Shown: positions 23,334-31,964, counted from the stretch's first letter. The stretch is DNA of 38,469 nucleotides from an uncultured Candidatus Saccharibacteria bacterium (GCA_964351645.1 CAYGOP010000001.1:1-38469), one strand, 5' to 3'. Notes: generated by a model not told the origin, from the sequence alone. Made by a program: numbers and translations.

Positions 23334-24074
23334 ATGTTTGCAAATAATAAACGGAATAAGAAATCGAAGAAAGATTCACCCGAAAACTGCCGGGTCGTAT
23401 CAGAACTGTTAGACCCTTCATCTACGCAAGGTGATGCAGTGCAGTCGTGGCGTGTGTTTCGAATCATGGCTGAGTTTGTACAAGGATTTGAACTCCTGCG
23501 CGAGCATGGCTTGGCAGCGACCTTCTGGGGAAGTGCGCGAACGTTGCCTGATGACCCTTACTACAAACAAGCTGAAGAGCTGGCAGCAAAACTAGCCAAA
23601 AAAGGCTTCTCTATTATTTCTGGTGGTGGGCCAGGTATTATGGAGGCTTCAAATGTTGGAGCCTTTAAGGTGGGAGGGAAGTCAGTCGGATTAAATATTG
23701 AGTTACCGTTTGAGCAAAAACTCAATCCATACACAACTGAATCACTCAACTTTGACTTCTTCTTTTCACGGAAGGTTATGCTCACGTTTGCTTCTGAAGT
23801 GTATGTCTATTTCCCAGGAGGTTTCGGCACGCTCGATGAATTGTTTGAGATTTTAACGCTTATTCAAACCAAAAAGATTGAGCGAATTCCAATCTTGCTC
23901 TACGGAAAAGACTTTTGGGACCCGCTGGTGCGCGTGTTTGAACAATCACTTCTTAAGAAATTTAAAACCATTAGCCCAGAAGACTTAGATTTGTTTGTAG
24001 TAGTGGATTCTGTTGATGAAGCGTTCAAATACATAAACAAGAACGTGAATACCAAAAACGTAAAACAAATTTAA
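23334..24074 (+). CDS. LOG family (TIGR00730) nucleotide 5'-monophosphate nucleosidase
   Basis: WRVFRIMAEFVQGFE, GGGPGIMEA and PGGFGTLDELFE motifs. Confidence 0.85.
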   Translation: MFANNKRNKKSKKDSPENCRVVSELLDPSSTQGDAVQSWRVFRIMAEFVQGFELLREHGLAATFWGSARTLPDDPYYKQAEELAAKLAKKGFSIISGGGPGIMEASNVGAFKVGGKSVGLNIELPFEQKLNPYTTESLNFDFFFSRKVMLTFASEVYVYFPGGFGTLDELFEILTLIQTKKIERIPILLYGKDFWDPLVRVFEQSLLKKFKTISPEDLDLFVVVDSVDEAFKYINKNVNTKNVKQI

Positions 24075-24078
24075 TACT

Positions 24079-25338
24079 ATGTATTTTTCCTATCATGACA
24101 TTGACTCAGTTTCCGAAAAAGTAATTCAGTCTGGGGTAAAAAAGTTAGAAAAGTACCGCACACACGTGCGAAAAGTAGTAGACAACAACGATAATCAGAA
24201 GAGTGAGTACTCTTTAGTGCATGCGCAAAATCCTTCCGTACATGACCAGATTGACGCCGTTAAAAAGCAGTTTAAGGGTATAAAACACCTGATTGTAGTA
24301 GGTATTGGTGGTTCAAACCTGGGGACCGAAGCGGTCCATGCAGTGCTCGATGAGGGAAAAGTCCAATTGCACTCACTAGCAACAGTGTCTGCGTATGAAA
24401 TTGACCAGTTGCTTAAGACAGTAAAAACAGTTCGTTCAGCAAAACAGCTTGCGGTGTGTGTCATCAGTAAGTCAGGAAATACGGCAGAAACACTCGTTAA
24501 TGCCGGAGTCCTGCTTGATGCCCTTGAAGTGAAGTTTAAAAAAGCGATTTACGAACAAACTATTTTTATTGGTAATCCGGGCACTGCGTTTATGAAAGCA
24601 GGGAAGCGGCTAGGGGTGACTATGGTTGGTATGCCAGAAATAGTCGGTGGTCGGTATTCAGTTGCCACTGAGGTTGGTCTTATTCCGTTGGCGTTGCTTG
24701 GCCATGATACCGATGCTTTTATTGCTGGAGTGCTTGATGCTACTCAAGAAGAGTTTGAAAGTGTTGTAGCAGAAAACGCAGTGCGGGTCGCTCACTATAT
24801 CGATAAAAAATACTCACACTACAATTTCTTTGCCTTTGAAACCCGATTAGAAAAACTAGGTGCTTGGTATAGACAGCTCACCGCTGAGAGCCTCGGTAAG
24901 GAGCTCGATAGAAATAAGAAGCCAGTTACTAAAGGTTTTATTCCAACTATTTCAACACCAGCAGAGCTCCATTCAGTTGGTCAGCTCTATATGAGTGGCT
25001 TCGCTGGTGTCTATACAGACTTTGTTACCTTTGATGATGATGAAGTAAACTTCGCTATTCCAAAGAAAGGGATTGCAAAAACGTACGGAAAGTTCGACGT
25101 GCAAGAAGTAGCAACAGCTCTCTATGGTGGTGTGATGGCAGCGTACCAAGACCGTTCTTTGCCATACCGTTCAACTATTTTTGATGATGGAAATCTGGCA
25201 TATTCAATTGGTTTGTTTATGGGTATGCGAATGCTCGAGACAATGTACATTGCCGAATTAATGAATCTCAATGCATTCAATCAGCCAAATGTTGAGTTGT
25301 ATAAAAATAAAACCAGGGAAATTCTAGGGCTTACATAA
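24079..25338 (+). CDS. pgi: glucose-6-phosphate isomerase (short bacterial/archaeal type)
   Basis: VVGIGGSNLGTEAV, ISKSGNTAETL and GGRYSV motifs of the SIS/PGI family. Confidence 0.85.
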   Translation: MYFSYHDIDSVSEKVIQSGVKKLEKYRTHVRKVVDNNDNQKSEYSLVHAQNPSVHDQIDAVKKQFKGIKHLIVVGIGGSNLGTEAVHAVLDEGKVQLHSLATVSAYEIDQLLKTVKTVRSAKQLAVCVISKSGNTAETLVNAGVLLDALEVKFKKAIYEQTIFIGNPGTAFMKAGKRLGVTMVGMPEIVGGRYSVATEVGLIPLALLGHDTDAFIAGVLDATQEEFESVVAENAVRVAHYIDKKYSHYNFFAFETRLEKLGAWYRQLTAESLGKELDRNKKPVTKGFIPTISTPAELHSVGQLYMSGFAGVYTDFVTFDDDEVNFAIPKKGIAKTYGKFDVQEVATALYGGVMAAYQDRSLPYRSTIFDDGNLAYSIGLFMGMRMLETMYIAELMNLNAFNQPNVELYKNKTREILGLT

Positions 25339-25345
25339 ACTAAGT

Positions 25346-25867
25346 ATGGCTGAGGAGAAAGTGTACAAGGATGCAGTAATCGTGAACGACCAAAATGAAG
25401 TCATTGGTGGAATGAACTTTTTGCAGGCGAAGAAAGAAGGGTATAAACGTCGCGGTGTAAGAGTATTTGTCTTTTCTGAAGATGGTTTTGTGCTCGTACA
25501 GAAAAGAAGTCAGTTTGTTTTATCTCCAGGCCTCCTGGATACTGCCGCTGCAGGGGCAGTTGACGTTGGTGAGGACTACGATACTGCGGCAGCACGTGAA
25601 TTGGAAGAAGAGCTAGGTATTGCTGGTGTTGAGCTAATAAGGTTTGCTGACGGAGTGCTTGGTCCAAGTAAAACATCATTTAACTCTTCCTATAAAGTAG
25701 TGATACCAAAAGACACAGTGATTGCCATTGATCCGCATGAGGTCGAATCCGTACACTGGATGCTGCCTTCTGAGATAGATGAGATTATTAAGCATACTCC
25801 TGAAAAGTGTGGTGGCTCACTACTGCAAACCTGGGTTGAGTTTCGTGATACCATTGAAGCTATATGA
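25346..25867 (+). CDS. NUDIX hydrolase
   Basis: Nudix box G..DVGEDYDTAAARELEEELGI. Confidence 0.8.
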   Translation: MAEEKVYKDAVIVNDQNEVIGGMNFLQAKKEGYKRRGVRVFVFSEDGFVLVQKRSQFVLSPGLLDTAAAGAVDVGEDYDTAAARELEEELGIAGVELIRFADGVLGPSKTSFNSSYKVVIPKDTVIAIDPHEVESVHWMLPSEIDEIIKHTPEKCGGSLLQTWVEFRDTIEAI

Positions 25868-26706
25868 CATACGTACTCTTTGATATCGGCGGAACAAAAA
25901 CTCGGGTTGCGGTCAGTGAAGATTTGCAGGCTTTTTCTGATGTTGAGTCATTTAAAACTCCTTTGAAGTTTGAAGAAGCGATAGAGAAAATTGCCGCAGC
26001 AGTAAAAAAGCTCACTAAAGAAAAGCCTGAGGCAATGGCTGGTGGTGTACGTGGTGTTATTAATGAACATAAAAACAGTATTCAGAATGATGCAGTACTA
26101 AAGAAGTGGATTGGGAAAGATATCGTCTCTGCACTACAGAAAAAAATTGCTGACGTGCCAGTTTTCTTAGAAAATGACTCTGCTATAGCTGGGGTAGGAG
26201 AAGCGGTCTTTGGAGCGGGGGAAGGATTAGAGATTGTAGCATACCATACTATCAGTACAGGAGTTGGAGGAGTAAAAGTCGAAGATGGAGATATTGATGA
26301 TGCGAGCATTGGCTTTGAGCCTGGCCATCAAATACTTGATATTGACCGTACTGTGCTCGGTGATGATATCGCACCAACCCTAGAGAACCTGGTGTCTGGT
26401 ACGGCAGTAGGCGAGCGCTTTGGAGTGAAGGCGTATGAAATACCACAGTCAGATGTAGTCTGGGACGAGTTGGCTGAATACTTAGCTCAGGGGTTACGAA
26501 ATACTATTCTGTACTGGTCACCGGATGTGATTGTACTTGGCGGAGCGATGATTGTGGGTGATCCAGCAATCCCAATTGATGCAATCCGAAAATACACAGT
26601 CGAGTCCCTCGATGGATTTGTCACTGCACCACTGATTACTGAAGCGAAGCTTGGTGATGAGGCTGGTCTCTATGGAGCGATGGCCATTTTGCAGAAGCGT
26701 TTATAA
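25864..26706 (+). CDS. ROK family sugar kinase (putative glucokinase), without the Cys zinc motif
   Basis: LFDIGGTKTRVAV phosphate-1 motif and ENDSAIAGVGEAVFGAG. ATGA overlap with the Nudix gene. Confidence 0.7.
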   Translation: MTYVLFDIGGTKTRVAVSEDLQAFSDVESFKTPLKFEEAIEKIAAAVKKLTKEKPEAMAGGVRGVINEHKNSIQNDAVLKKWIGKDIVSALQKKIADVPVFLENDSAIAGVGEAVFGAGEGLEIVAYHTISTGVGGVKVEDGDIDDASIGFEPGHQILDIDRTVLGDDIAPTLENLVSGTAVGERFGVKAYEIPQSDVVWDELAEYLAQGLRNTILYWSPDVIVLGGAMIVGDPAIPIDAIRKYTVESLDGFVTAPLITEAKLGDEAGLYGAMAILQKRL

Positions 26707-26745
26707 GCGTATACTACTCTTATTTATTCACTATAAAGAAATTAT

Positions 26746-27522
26746 ATGGAGATATTAACATTGCTCATCATTTTGATTGTACTGGCAGTCATTTTGTTAC
26801 GTGAAGTGAAACAGTACGAACGTGGAGTGGTTCTTACAATGGGTAAATTTACGAGTTTGCGCGGACCAGGGTGGAGTATCATTATTCCGATTTTCCAGCA
26901 AATGGAAAAAGTAGACCTACGAGTCAAAGCTGTTGATGTCCCAGATCAAAAAGTAATTACTCGAGACAATGTGTCTGCGAGTATCAACGCAGTTATTTAT
27001 TACAAGGTGTCTGATGCTGCCAAAGCGGTCTTGGAGGTAGAAAACTTCCGCTTTGCTGTTTCTCAGCTTGCTCAAACAACAATGAGAAATATTGTCGGGA
27101 GCGCTACACTTGATGAGGTTCTTTCTGAGCGAGAAAAACTCTCTGCCAGTATTCAGCAGATTGTAGATGCCGAAACTGACGCGTGGGGGATACGAGTTGA
27201 GAATGTCGAACTCAAAGACTTCTTCTTGCCACAAGATATGGAGCGAACTATCGCGAAGCAGGCTGAAGCAGAACGAGAGCGAAGAGCAGTGATTATTAAT
27301 GCAGAAGGGGAAGTAGCTGCCGCTGAGAATATCGCTAAAGCTGCCGGAATCCTCGCTCAAGCTCCAGGGGCGCTACACCTAAGAACATTACAAACGCTCA
27401 ATGACTTATCTTCCGACCAGTCAAATACCGTTATATTTGCTACTCCAATTGAGGTATTGCGAGCGGTAGAAAATGTAGGACAAGCCTTTAGTGCAGACAC
27501 CAAAGTAGTAAAACCAGAGTAA
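26746..27522 (+). CDS. SPFH/band 7 (stomatin-like, slipin) membrane protein
   Basis: N-terminal TM segment, then EYERGVVLTMGKF...VDLRV...TRDNV...INAVIYYKV and a charged coiled-coil tail AKQAEAERERRA. TATAAA lies 8 nt upstream of the ATG. Confidence 0.88.
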   Translation: MEILTLLIILIVLAVILLREVKQYERGVVLTMGKFTSLRGPGWSIIIPIFQQMEKVDLRVKAVDVPDQKVITRDNVSASINAVIYYKVSDAAKAVLEVENFRFAVSQLAQTTMRNIVGSATLDEVLSEREKLSASIQQIVDAETDAWGIRVENVELKDFFLPQDMERTIAKQAEAERERRAVIINAEGEVAAAENIAKAAGILAQAPGALHLRTLQTLNDLSSDQSNTVIFATPIEVLRAVENVGQAFSADTKVVKPE

Positions 27523-27526
27523 ACTA

Positions 27527-27555
27527 TTGACAGTAAGTCAAAAAAATGGTATAGT
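27527..27555 (+). promoter_or_regulatory. near-consensus sigma70 promoter TTGACA-N17(TGg)-TATAGT
   Basis: aTTGACAgtaagtcaaaaaaaTGgTATAGTgataaaaa. The predicted transcription start near 27562 leaves a ~145 nt leader before GTG 27706. Confidence 0.7.
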
Positions 27556-27705
27556 GATAAAAATCCGAAGATTGATGGTATAGTCTTCCGGTTATCGGTG
27601 TCGCATCGTATGTATCCATTTCATCAGTCGGTGAAATCTCCACATACAACACGGCATGTCTCACCGGTATTTATTCAATAAGACCTTTGGCTTATTTTAT
27701 CGACT

Positions 27706-28137
27706 GTGATTCTGGCTATTCTTTCTGTCTCGACTGCATCTGCAGTTCCAGTTCCAGAAACAGCCTATGGACACATCGCGAGTGAAGAGATGACTATTGT
27801 AGTGCGAGAAGTCTCACCTACATACAACACCGAAAAAATCGTTCGGTCATACTTTAAGGATATTCCTGTTATGGCTGAGATTGCTCGATGTGAGTCAACT
27901 TTTCGCCACCAGCTACCGGATGGCTCAATCCTTCAAGGACGAGTCGATCCTGCAGATACCGGGGTAATGCAAATCAACAAGCGTTACCACCAAGCTTCTG
28001 CAACTGCGATGGAGCTAAATCTCGATGATATTTACCACAATATGGCGTATGCCCGACATCTCTATGAGACGCAGGGAACACAGCCATGGAGTGCATCGAT
28101 GCCTTGTTGGGGAAGTACCCTAGCAATGAACTACTAG
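27706..28137 (+). CDS. SLT/GH23-like lytic transglycosylase (lysozyme-like), secreted; the start is uncertain
   Basis: IARCESTFRH...DTGVMQINKRYH follows the SLT pattern E-S...G.MQI. GTG 27706 is the first start after an in-frame TAA at 27679. The signal peptide from this start is very short (MILAILSVSTASA). Confidence 0.6.
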   Translation: MILAILSVSTASAVPVPETAYGHIASEEMTIVVREVSPTYNTEKIVRSYFKDIPVMAEIARCESTFRHQLPDGSILQGRVDPADTGVMQINKRYHQASATAMELNLDDIYHNMAYARHLYETQGTQPWSASMPCWGSTLAMNY

Positions 28138-28146
28138 ATGTAAATC

Positions 28147-28181
28147 AAAAAAGAACCGGCCTTACAGGCCGGTTCTTTTTT
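28147..28181. terminator. bidirectional terminator
   Basis: aaaaaagaaccggcc-ttaca-ggccggttctttttt. Confidence 0.88.
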
Positions 28182-28189
28182 GATTGGAG

Positions 28190-28645
28190 TTATGGTTGCT
28201 GTTCGTCAGGGATTCCGTCGCCGTTCATGTCTTCCATGGTTGCAGCGAATTGCTTAGTGTTTGAACCGCCCGGACCATAGGCCATGAGGTACATCAGTCC
28301 ACCAATAATTGCGAGGTTCTTCAACAGTCCTGGATCAGCAAAATCTCTGTGAGCGAGCATGGTGGCGCCAGCGGTAAAGGCAATTAAGGAAGCAGACGCG
28401 AGTCCAACTCGATAGCCCAAGATAATAGCTAATCCAGCTACAATTTTTAGAGCGATGACTGGCCATACTACTAACGTTGCAAAAGGAATACCAATTGAGT
28501 CAAAAAACATCGCTGTATTCGCTGGGCCTTGCATTAAGAGCATGCTCATACCGCTAGCGAAGAATAAGAGACCGATTAAGAAACGTCCAAATTTTGTTCC
28601 TTTATCGCGCACTAGGTCACGTTGGGTGGTTGTTAACATCAACAT
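28190..28645 (-). CDS. DoxX family membrane protein
   Basis: Four TM helices with a DoxX-like pattern (FGRFLIGLLFFASGMSML...LKIVAGLAIILG...). TGgTATAAT lies upstream. Confidence 0.75.
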   Translation of the reverse strand: MLMLTTTQRDLVRDKGTKFGRFLIGLLFFASGMSMLLMQGPANTAMFFDSIGIPFATLVVWPVIALKIVAGLAIILGYRVGLASASLIAFTAGATMLAHRDFADPGLLKNLAIIGGLMYLMAYGPGGSNTKQFAATMEDMNGDGIPDEQQP

Positions 28646-28713
28646 ATTATTTTCTATAACTGAATAATTATACCAATAGTATATCAGTACTGCGCTATAA
28701 TAAAGAGGATTCT

Positions 28714-29181
28714 ATGAAATACTGGCTCATGAAAAGCGAACCTGAAGAGTTTTCTATTCAGGATTTAAAACGTGTAAAAACAGAAATGTGGGACGGTATT
28801 CGCAATTATCAAGTGCGCAATATGATTCGGGATGATATGTCGGTAGGGGATGTTGCGTTGTTTTATCACTCAAATGCTGGGTCAGAGACAGGGGTAGTTG
28901 GAGTAATGGAGATTGCCAGTGAAGCCTATCCAGATCCAACTCAGTTTGATATGAAAAGTGCCCATCCTGACCCAAAGTCTGACCCAGAGAATCCGCGCTG
29001 GCTGTGTCGAGATGTAAAGTACAAGCAGACTCTTCCTCGACTTGTTTCGCTCGCCGAGTTAAAAGCAAAAAGCACGTTTGCTGATTTACCGCTGGTTATG
29101 AGAGGGAATCGGTTATCAATAATGCCAATCAAACAAAAGCACTTTACTGCCATGATTGCTCTAGCTTCTCAAAAAATATAG
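28714..29181 (+). CDS. EVE (PUA-like) domain protein
   Basis: MKYWLMKSEPEEFSIQDLKR...WDGIRNYQVRNMIRDDMSVGDVALFYHS is a canonical EVE/THYN1-like N-terminus. Confidence 0.85.
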   Translation: MKYWLMKSEPEEFSIQDLKRVKTEMWDGIRNYQVRNMIRDDMSVGDVALFYHSNAGSETGVVGVMEIASEAYPDPTQFDMKSAHPDPKSDPENPRWLCRDVKYKQTLPRLVSLAELKAKSTFADLPLVMRGNRLSIMPIKQKHFTAMIALASQKI

Positions 29182-29183
29182 GT

Positions 29184-30398
29184 ATGGAAAGTATTGGTTC
29201 AGCATTGGTACGGACTCGAGGTCGAGTCGCAAAAAACGGGGAAGAAAGTAATGGGTTTCTCAGATTGTTTATTTCTAAACGTCTCATTCATGGTGCAGCA
29301 ACTGCAATTTTGGGAATCTTCGTTCCGATATTTTTGTATGAAACTTCCGGTCAATTATTTTGGGTAGTTGGTCTGTACTACGCCTTGATTTCCTTCTTGT
29401 ATGCAGTATTGCTGGTGCCAAGCATGGCTATTACCAACCGGCTTGGTTTTAGTCATACGTTAGTACTCGGTGGGGTGTTTAGTGTCTTGATTTACTCAAT
29501 CATGTATTTTCTGACTCCAGAAAATATTTGGCATCTGATTGTACCTCTTACGATAGCCATCGTTGGTTTTCGATTATTTCACTGGGTGCCATTCCATGTT
29601 GACTTCACTCTGTTTACTCAGGCTGGGGAGCGGGGGAGACAGGTGAGTTTATCTTTTGCAACGATTGCCTTTATGGGAGTGATTGGACCAATTCTGGCTG
29701 GTTTCATTATTGCCAATGAGGGGTATGAGGCATTGTTTGGTACCTCGGTGGTGCTCCTGATAGCTGCCACGATTTCCTATGCGTTTGTGCCAGAAACAGG
29801 GACCCATTTTGATTGGGGGATGAAAGAGACTTTGCAAAGACTGTTTTCAAGAGAAAACAGACCAGTGGTACTTGGGGAGTTTGCCAATGGTGCTGAGGTG
29901 GCCATTAATATTATTGTCTGGCCAATCTTCTTATATGAAGTGCTCAACGGAGATGTGTTTGAAATTGGGGCAGTGTCCACTATCATTGTTGCTATTACGA
30001 TTGTCATTCAGCTGTTTATTGGTAAAAAACTTGATAAGCATAAAGACTCAAAACAAAAAACGCTCAAGGTAGGGAGCTCACTCTATGCTATTGGTTGGAT
30101 TTTAAAGATGTTTGTCTTGTCTGCAGCGCATGTGTTTTTGATTGGTCTCTATCACAATATTGTGAAGATTTTTACCGCTACTCCGTACAGTGCAATTATT
30201 TACGATATATCTGCTGAGCAGGGTGAGTACGTTGATGAGTTTACCGTGTTGAGGGAGATGGCTACTCATATCGGACGCATGACTTGTTTAGTTGTGGTAG
30301 CAATGCTTACCATCTTTATTCCAATCGGCTGGACGTTTGTCTTGGCTGCAGTAGCTTCAATTGCATTAAATCTCGTCTATCGAGCACATCATACGTAA
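29184..30398 (+). CDS. MFS-type transporter (about 12 TM segments)
   Basis: Hydrophobic throughout, with a loop AITNRLGFS resembling the MFS TM2-TM3 motif. The substrate is unknown. Confidence 0.6.
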   Translation: MESIGSALVRTRGRVAKNGEESNGFLRLFISKRLIHGAATAILGIFVPIFLYETSGQLFWVVGLYYALISFLYAVLLVPSMAITNRLGFSHTLVLGGVFSVLIYSIMYFLTPENIWHLIVPLTIAIVGFRLFHWVPFHVDFTLFTQAGERGRQVSLSFATIAFMGVIGPILAGFIIANEGYEALFGTSVVLLIAATISYAFVPETGTHFDWGMKETLQRLFSRENRPVVLGEFANGAEVAINIIVWPIFLYEVLNGDVFEIGAVSTIIVAITIVIQLFIGKKLDKHKDSKQKTLKVGSSLYAIGWILKMFVLSAAHVFLIGLYHNIVKIFTATPYSAIIYDISAEQGEYVDEFTVLREMATHIGRMTCLVVVAMLTIFIPIGWTFVLAAVASIALNLVYRAHHT

Positions 30399-30401
30399 TT
30401 T

Positions 30402-31037
30402 ATGGAATATCTAATCAGTATCAGTTTTGCAGCGTTGGTAGGGGGTCTTGTTGGCTTAGAGCGAGAATATCGTGACAAAAGTGCTGGCTTTCGGACCATG
30501 ATACTCATTGCTGTTGGCTCGTGTTTGTTTACAATTTTGTCAGGAATCATAGGGCATAACTTTGGGGGTGACGGCGCTCGAATCGCTGCGGCGGTGGTCA
30601 GTGGTGTTGGATTTTTAGGGGCAGGGGTGATTATCCAGAAAGGAATCACCATTCACGGTTTAACTACAGCAGCTTCAATTTGGTTAGTGGCGTCTTTAGG
30701 GATGTGCATGGGGGCTGGAGAATACACTTTGGTGCTGATGGTTACGGCTGGTATCTTGTTTGTACTTTGGATATTGCCGATGTTTGAACGTAAAATTGAT
30801 GCCCTGCACGAATTCTTAGAATTTACGCTGGTTATTAAAAATACAGATAAAGCAGAGGCTATAGTTCTAGCACTTTTTGATGAGGCACAGGTGCGAGTGC
30901 TTAGAGTAAGAAGAACACAGCCAACCAAGGGCGAGCGCTGTTTAAAAGTGCTCTGTAAAACCAGACCATCGCATCATGATGAATTAGCAAAACTCTTGAT
31001 TTCTGAACGTTCAGTATTAACCTTTAGTGATGATTAA
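30402..31037 (+). CDS. MgtC/SapB family membrane protein
   Basis: LVGGLVGLEREYRDKSAGFRTMILIAVGSCLFT...GLTTAASIWLVASLGMCMGAGEY. Confidence 0.88.
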   Translation: MEYLISISFAALVGGLVGLEREYRDKSAGFRTMILIAVGSCLFTILSGIIGHNFGGDGARIAAAVVSGVGFLGAGVIIQKGITIHGLTTAASIWLVASLGMCMGAGEYTLVLMVTAGILFVLWILPMFERKIDALHEFLEFTLVIKNTDKAEAIVLALFDEAQVRVLRVRRTQPTKGERCLKVLCKTRPSHHDELAKLLISERSVLTFSDD

Positions 31038-31045
31038 TTTTGTAT

Positions 31046-31831
31046 ATGAAAATAGGTTTATTTGATTCAGGTCTTGGTGGGCTCACCATCCTTAAGGCAG
31101 TTGCGAAGGTGTTGCCAGATTATGACTATGTGTATTTTGGTGATACAAAAAATCTGCCATACGGAGACAAAACAGAAGATGAGATTTTTGAACTTACTAA
31201 AATTGGTATAGAGACACTTTTTCAAAATGAGTGCGTGCTCGTTATTATTGCTTGTAATACTGCTTCGGCTGAGACGCTCAGAAAACTACAAGACGATTGG
31301 TTACCGGTAACATACCCTGACAGAAAGATTCTCGGAGTGATTGTTCCGACGGTTGAAGAGGTGATTGAAAGCGGTGTGAGTTCGGCAGTGCTGATTGCTA
31401 CTACAAGAACTGTGCAGTCTAACAAGTATGAAGTCGAGCTACTGAACCGTTCGATTCTTCCAGTTGCGCTTACTCAAATTCCTACACCAGAACTTGTACC
31501 TTTTATTGAACTGAATGAATTAGAAGCAGCTGCTCAAGCTGCGATATCTCGGATAGAGAGCCAAGAGGGGGAGAGTGATGGGGTGATATTAGGATGTACG
31601 CATTATACGCAAATCAAGAATCAACTCAGAGCTCATTTCGGACCAAATAAAATTATTTTTTCTCAAGATGAAATTATTCCAAACAAACTTTCTTTGTATT
31701 TAGAAAATCATCCAGAGATTGAGGTTCAGCTCATGCGGACAGGAGAGAGAAGTATTCACTTAACTCAACATCGACCCGACTACGATTTGATTATGGGACA
31801 GTTCCTCGGTGGGGTGTACTTAGATGAGTAA
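31046..31831 (+). CDS. murI: glutamate racemase
   Basis: IGLFDSGLGGLT, YFGDTKNLPYGDK, IACNTASA and GCTHY catalytic Cys motifs. The track start at 31040 is a TTG two codons upstream. Confidence 0.9.
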   Translation: MKIGLFDSGLGGLTILKAVAKVLPDYDYVYFGDTKNLPYGDKTEDEIFELTKIGIETLFQNECVLVIIACNTASAETLRKLQDDWLPVTYPDRKILGVIVPTVEEVIESGVSSAVLIATTRTVQSNKYEVELLNRSILPVALTQIPTPELVPFIELNELEAAAQAAISRIESQEGESDGVILGCTHYTQIKNQLRAHFGPNKIIFSQDEIIPNKLSLYLENHPEIEVQLMRTGERSIHLTQHRPDYDLIMGQFLGGVYLDE

Positions 31832-31858
31832 TATATACACTCACTCTTCTATACTCTC

Positions 31859-31890
31859 TAATGTCGCACAATATATCTTTTGCGACATTA
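31859..31890 (+). other. 10-bp inverted repeat (hairpin with a 12-nt loop) downstream of murI, without a T-tract
   Basis: taatgtcgca-caatatatcttt-tgcgacatta, flanked by TATACT (31850, 31894) and TACACT (31836, 31889, 31922) hexamers. Confidence 0.5.
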
Positions 31891-31928
31891 CACTATACTG
31901 TCTTTATATATAGAGCCTCCCTACACTG

Positions 31929-31964
31929 CAAACAATAAAGGCCCTATGGGGCCTTTATTGTTTG
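31929..31964 (-). terminator. terminator of the zwf-gnd-pgl operon; its stem overlaps the pgl stop codon
   Basis: Perfect 16-bp stem caaacaataaaggccc/gggcctttattgtttg with loop tatg. Confidence 0.8.

Noticed and set aside
26917-27360. 147-aa minus-strand ORF, together with similar long antisense ORFs at 728..1108, 1776..2207, 5872..6258, 8631..9044, 9594..9998, 12350..12757, 13017..13370, 14864..15226, 32657..33019 and 37827..38186
   Set aside because: Each is embedded in a CDS on the opposite strand that has clear family motifs. None has an SD or promoter signal or a recognisable domain.
27556-27705. Assignment of the long leader to a known riboswitch class such as ydaO/c-di-AMP
   Set aside because: I could not find the conserved core sequences or a convincing pseudo-symmetric fold by eye. 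Only short hairpins are present (ccgaaga/tcttccgg and cggtga/tcaccg). It needs an Infernal scan, so it is not called as ncRNA.
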